Shown in pieces: positions 60,277 to 64,000 of a stretch of 64,000 bases of DNA. Every line of letters starts with the position of its first letter. Positions within the stretch are counted from its first letter, which is position 1. Origin of the DNA: Clostridia bacterium (GTDB taxonomy: Bacteria > Bacillota > Clostridia > Oscillospirales > CAG-272); contig JAFUOH010000013.1 in the NCBI GenBank assembly GCA_017482055.1, positions 3,416 through 67,415 on the forward strand, written 5' to 3'. The translations under genes and the position numbers were made by a program. The notes under the pieces were generated by a model. It was not told where the DNA came from and made no database searches. It saw nothing but the letters and a program-made list of their open reading frames with translations.

Positions 60277-62247
60277 CTATACGGTATATTCCTGCCGCGC
60301 AATAACGTGATCCTGATACTCGCGGTCAAGCTCCACAAAGTATGCGCTCCAGCCCCAGATACGTACAACAAGGCGCTGATAGTTCTCGGGATGTGCCTGT
60401 GCATCCTTCATGGTCTCAAGATTCACGGCGTTTAACTGAAGCTGATGACCGCCGCGGTCAATGAAGTATTTTACGATGGATGCCACCTTGGAAATAGCAT
60501 CCTCGCCGCGGAACACACTGTTGTGGAATTCAAGCGTCAGCGGGCCGCCGTTGATGGCACGTTCAAAATGCTGCTTGGTGAATGATTTCACTACGGAAAC
60601 GGGTCCCGCTATCTTGGCAAACAGACTCGCCGAAAAGTTTGTACCGAAAGGCTCACCCTTTCTTCTTCCGTCGGGAGATGCACCTATATCGTTTGCATGC
60701 CACAGATAGAACATAGCCGAGCCTGTGCCCGCGCGCCATACGCCTCCCTCGCAGTTGGTCTTACCATCAAGCGCATCTGCGAACATATCGAGAAGCGCCA
60801 CGGATACAGAGTCTGCCGCGTCGTCGTTATTGCCCATCTTGGGCGCCTCGTTTCTCAGCTTGTCAAGCAGCTCCGGAGTGTTTTCAAAGTTGTCATCCAC
60901 AGCCTTGACAAACTCCTCGGAGGTAATGTACTTTTCATCATATACATATTTCTTTATCGCCGCCAGCGAGTCGGATGCGGTGGCGATGCCCGTACCGTGC
61001 ATACCGAAGTTCTTGTATTTGCGCTCGGTAAGCATCACGTTCATGAACGGCGACGGAACGAACCAAAGATTCTTGATGCTCTCTGTCACCCTATCGCATT
61101 CTGCGGTGATCTCACGCTTTACCGCCGCCATCACGTCGTCAAAGCTCTCGCAGGATGCAAGATCCTTGTGCAGAACATTATCGACCATCTTTGGGAAGGA
61201 AAGCGCGGCGATGTTTGCCACGTCAAAGCCGCATTTCGGGATTATAAATTCCCAGCATGCCGCCACCACATAGTTTGCGGCATCCTCGGGGGCGTAGCCC
61301 TTCTTTATAAGCGCGGGAATAACTATATCGTCGTTTGAATACTGCGGGAAGCCAAGTCCCGCCTTGGTAAGCTCGGTACCCAGCATATACTGCTCAATGG
61401 GCGTGTTTTTCGAAACACGGAGATTTATCTTGGGGTCGATCATTTTAAGGTTGCGGCTTGCGATGAGGCAGAGCTTTGACAGTTCGGAGAAGCAGTCATT
61501 TCCGTTCTCGTCGATACCGCCGAGTACCATTGACTGACCGTTGTCGCCCTGCTGTACGCCCACATACAGGTCGCTGTCCTTGTTGAAGGAGAGGAAGAAA
61601 TCCTCGATAAGCGCAAGCGCGGTCTCGGGAGTATAAATGCCTGCATCCATGTCCGCCTTGAAGTAGGGGTACATGTATTTGTCGAATCTTCCAACGGTAT
61701 TGTGGTAGTTGCCCTCAAGCCAAAGCGAGAAGTGCAGGATGCGGAAGAATTGGAGTGCTTCGCGGAAGCTTGTTGCGCCGTAACGCGGCACACGGGTAAG
61801 CACGGCGGCGATATCCGCACGCCCCACACGCTCAGCCTCCGCCTTGTAACGATCTGCAAGAGCGATTATATTGTCAATAGCGCGCTTTGAATATTCGTCG
61901 GCGCTCTCGCGGCAGGCGAGAAGTCCCTTTGCGATAACATCCTCGTAATTCGGAGAAAGGTTTGAGATGTAGCCGAGCTCGTGAATAAAGTGTTCGGACT
62001 TTATTTCTGACCATTCCGCTTCGGTGAAGCAGTCGGGAATCTGACGTGTGGTGCGCACATAACAGATCTGCTCCTCGGGCAGGATGTGCGGCACCTGCGC
62101 AAGACAAAGTCGCTCGAATCGGTCTGCCATACGCTCCTCGGGAGAAAATCCTTTTTTGCTGTATTCCTCGGCGAGGTTTTCTGTATAGTCAACACGGAAT
62201 TCGTGGTGCTTTTTTTCAAGTATGTAGTTAAGAAGCTTTTCGGACAT
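60277..62247 (-). CDS. Glycyl radical enzyme, PFL2/glycerol-dehydratase-like family, unusually short (656 aa)
   Basis: C-terminal glycyl-radical motif GGHQLQLNAVNLETMKDAQAHPENYQRLVVRIWGWSAYF. The candidate thiyl loop is VVAACWEF. The start is taken at the ATG at 62247, with AGGAGG upstream. Confidence 0.8.
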   Translation of the reverse strand: MSEKLLNYILEKKHHEFRVDYTENLAEEYSKKGFSPEERMADRFERLCLAQVPHILPEEQICYVRTTRQIPDCFTEAEWSEIKSEHFIHELGYISNLSPNYEDVIAKGLLACRESADEYSKRAIDNIIALADRYKAEAERVGRADIAAVLTRVPRYGATSFREALQFFRILHFSLWLEGNYHNTVGRFDKYMYPYFKADMDAGIYTPETALALIEDFFLSFNKDSDLYVGVQQGDNGQSMVLGGIDENGNDCFSELSKLCLIASRNLKMIDPKINLRVSKNTPIEQYMLGTELTKAGLGFPQYSNDDIVIPALIKKGYAPEDAANYVVAACWEFIIPKCGFDVANIAALSFPKMVDNVLHKDLASCESFDDVMAAVKREITAECDRVTESIKNLWFVPSPFMNVMLTERKYKNFGMHGTGIATASDSLAAIKKYVYDEKYITSEEFVKAVDDNFENTPELLDKLRNEAPKMGNNDDAADSVSVALLDMFADALDGKTNCEGGVWRAGTGSAMFYLWHANDIGASPDGRRKGEPFGTNFSASLFAKIAGPVSVVKSFTKQHFERAINGGPLTLEFHNSVFRGEDAISKVASIVKYFIDRGGHQLQLNAVNLETMKDAQAHPENYQRLVVRIWGWSAYFVELDREYQDHVIARQEYTV

Positions 62248-62320
62248 AAGCGTACCTCCTGAGATTATGTTGAACAACGGCACCGTCGGTGCCGAAGAAT
62301 TATAATACCTTACATTTTCT

Positions 62321-62348
62321 ATTATACCGATAATTTTTCCAATGTCAA
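62321..62348 (-). promoter_or_regulatory. SigA-type promoter for the glycyl-radical enzyme operon
   Basis: The minus strand reads TTGACA-16nt-TATAAT. The 5' UTR of about 75 nt contains the hairpin GGCACCG-AC-GGTGCC. Confidence 0.55.
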
Positions 62349-62451
62349 TAGACTGGACAAAAAATGTGTAAAACAGACGGCATTTCATAAAAAATGTCCT
62401 GCACTGCGGCATGCGGAAATAAACATAAAAAATGTACGGATACCGACAATA

Positions 62452-62480
62452 TTGACATCCGACACGATCTGTGCTATACT
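62452..62480 (+). promoter_or_regulatory. SigA-type promoter for the LtaS-family gene
   Basis: TTGACA-17nt-TATACT, 38 nt upstream of the TTG start. Confidence 0.55.
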
Positions 62481-62517
62481 TATGTTGTATAACGCTTTAT
62501 TTTAAGGAGTTTTTGCT

Positions 62518-64000
62518 TTGTCACAGAAAAAGAACGGAGCACGGTTAAGGCTCGATAGGACCGTACTTCTCGGTATAGTTTTCGGTGTGCTGTTTTTGCT
62601 CGGCGTCGCCGCTTTTGTTATCTGTATATGGTATATGAATACCTATGATCTTGAATTCAAGGAGCTGCTTTATACGATAGTCTCACCGCTCAAGGGTACG
62701 GGCGAGAGCACCATTGCGCTTATTGTTTCCTCCTGCCTGCCGTGGGTTCTCGCAGCGGCGGCTGTTTACATTGCGGCAGCGGTTTTTCTTATAAGAAAAA
62801 AGGACAGGTTCCGCCTGCTTCGCCGCATCGGCGCTGCATTCTGTGCCGCGGTGTTTGTAAGCTCGCTGATTTTCGCAGTCTACGCACTGCGCCTGCCGGG
62901 TTACATTGAGACGATCAGTCAAAAGACCACGCTGTATGAGGACTACTATGTGGATCCCGATACGGTTTCGATCACCGCCGACGGTGAGACAAAAAATCTC
63001 ATCTATATATACATGGAAAGCATGGAGACCACCTATGCCTCGGAGGAGGTAGGCGGTGCTCAGCCCGAGAACAACTATCTTCCGAACCTCACCGAGATGG
63101 CAAAAGAGGGCATCTCCTTCACCGATAAGGCAGAAGGCTTGCTCGGTGGATTCCATACGCCAAACGGCACCACCTGGACAATGGCGGCACTGCTCGCCAC
63201 CACCTCGGGCATACCGTTCTCCTTCCCAATCGGAGGAGACGGTCAAAACTACATGTCAAAGCACGAGTATTTTGCTCCCGGGCTTACTGCCCTCGGCGAC
63301 ATTTTAGAGGAAAAGGGCTACACTCAGGAATTTCTCTGCGGATCCAACGCCACCTTCGGCGGAAGAAGAAATTATTTCACCCAGCACGGAAATTACGCCA
63401 TCTTCGACCTCTACACCGCCCGTGAAACGGGGTATGTGGCGGAGGATTATCATGACGGCTGGTGGGGATATGAGGATATGTATCTCTACGAGATCGCCAA
63501 GGACAGGCTCACCGAGCTTGCCGCGGGAGATCAGCCGTTCAACTTCACCATGCTGACCGTCGACACCCACCATGTGGACGGCAACCGCTGTGATATCTGC
63601 AAATGGGAGTACAGCACACGCCTTGAAAACGTGGTAAGCTGTGCTGACAGGCAGGTGGCGGAGTTCGTTGATTGGTGTATGGAGCAGGATTTTTATGAGG
63701 ACAGCGTAATAATCGTATCCGGCGACCATCCGCGAATGGACACGCGGCTTGTGAGTGAGGTGGACTACTACGACCGCACCATCTACAACTGCTTCTTCAA
63801 CTCCGCCGCAGAGCCCGAGGGTAAGACCACCGAGCGCATATTCACAAGCATGGACATGTTCCCCACTATTCTCTCTGCCATGGGCTTTCTTATTGAGGGA
63901 GAACGCCTCGGACTTGGTGTAAACATGTTCTCGGGAGATGCCACCCTCGCCGAAACACTGGGCTACGACTATCTGAACGGTGAGATAGCCAAGCATTCGG
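62518..64000 (+). CDS. LTA synthase (LtaS)/sulfatase-family membrane protein, partial (continues past the right edge)
   Basis: Not in the track because it has no stop in the window. The start is TTG, with AAGGAG 8 nt upstream. My translation is LSQKKNGARLRLDRTVLLGIVFGVLFLLGVAAFVICIW...NLIYIYMESMETTYAS...GTTWTMAALLATTSG...FNFTMLTVDTHH...VIIVSGDHPRM. It has N-terminal TM helices and a sulfatase-type ectodomain. Confidence 0.8.
   Translation, partial: MSQKKNGARLRLDRTVLLGIVFGVLFLLGVAAFVICIWYMNTYDLEFKELLYTIVSPLKGTGESTIALIVSSCLPWVLAAAAVYIAAAVFLIRKKDRFRLLRRIGAAFCAAVFVSSLIFAVYALRLPGYIETISQKTTLYEDYYVDPDTVSITADGETKNLIYIYMESMETTYASEEVGGAQPENNYLPNLTEMAKEGISFTDKAEGLLGGFHTPNGTTWTMAALLATTSGIPFSFPIGGDGQNYMSKHEYFAPGLTALGDILEEKGYTQEFLCGSNATFGGRRNYFTQHGNYAIFDLYTARETGYVAEDYHDGWWGYEDMYLYEIAKDRLTELAAGDQPFNFTMLTVDTHHVDGNRCDICKWEYSTRLENVVSCADRQVAEFVDWCMEQDFYEDSVIIVSGDHPRMDTRLVSEVDYYDRTIYNCFFNSAAEPEGKTTERIFTSMDMFPTILSAMGFLIEGERLGLGVNMFSGDATLAETLGYDYLNGEIAKHS

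Noticed and set aside
62683-63996. Minus-strand ORFs 62683-63246 (187 aa) and 63304-63996 (230 aa)
   Set aside because: They are antisense to the clearly recognisable plus-strand LtaS-family gene, which the track omits because it has no stop in the window.

Overview
This 64-kb window comes from a Firmicutes (Clostridia-like) genome and splits into three parts.

(1) Positions 1 to about 38.6 kb are the right-hand part of a large conjugative element, truncated at the left edge. Every gene is on the minus strand.
- Transfer and maintenance genes: a partial VirD4/TraG-type coupling protein, PcfB, a MOB relaxase with MobC, two DpnD/PcfM-like small proteins, a DUF3991-Toprim protein and ParB.
- A visibly AT-rich 3.5-kb five-gene resistance operon: Lnu(A)-family nucleotidyltransferase, AAC(6')-I, an MBL-fold hydrolase, a PNP/UDP-family phosphorylase and ANT(6). 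A 43-bp repeat, identical in two copies, sits at its gene junctions.
- A 3,440-aa polyvalent protein with ArdC-N-like, MutS-domain-I-like, N6-adenine methyltransferase and SNF2 helicase modules.
- A 1,316-aa secreted repeat adhesin.
- An apparently complete Tad/Flp-like pilus locus with four tandem pilin genes.

(2) A minus-strand tRNA operon (Val-Asp-Phe-Gly-Cys) lies at 38.7-39.2 kb with a consensus promoter.

(3) Positions 39.3-64 kb are higher-GC chromosome:
- hslO, a methyltransferase, yerC and lplA.
- A 2-oxoacid dehydrogenase operon (E2, E3, fused E1 alpha-beta) with a DeoR regulator.
- folD, lgt, two M16 peptidases, comEC and a GH36 enzyme.
- A short glycyl-radical enzyme with its activase, and a partial LtaS-family gene on the plus strand.

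The observations most worth follow-up are:
- A TnpV-like ORF with its own Shine-Dalgarno embedded out of frame inside the giant ORF.
- The Tad-like pilus and adhesin module inside a conjugative element.
- A MutS mismatch-binding module inside the polyvalent protein.
- A recurrent Arg-terminated charged C-terminal tail on 16 backbone proteins.
- The cassette-like resistance operon, which carries two uncharacterised enzymes.

All family assignments rest on my reading of the translations and on recalled family motifs. No database search was run.
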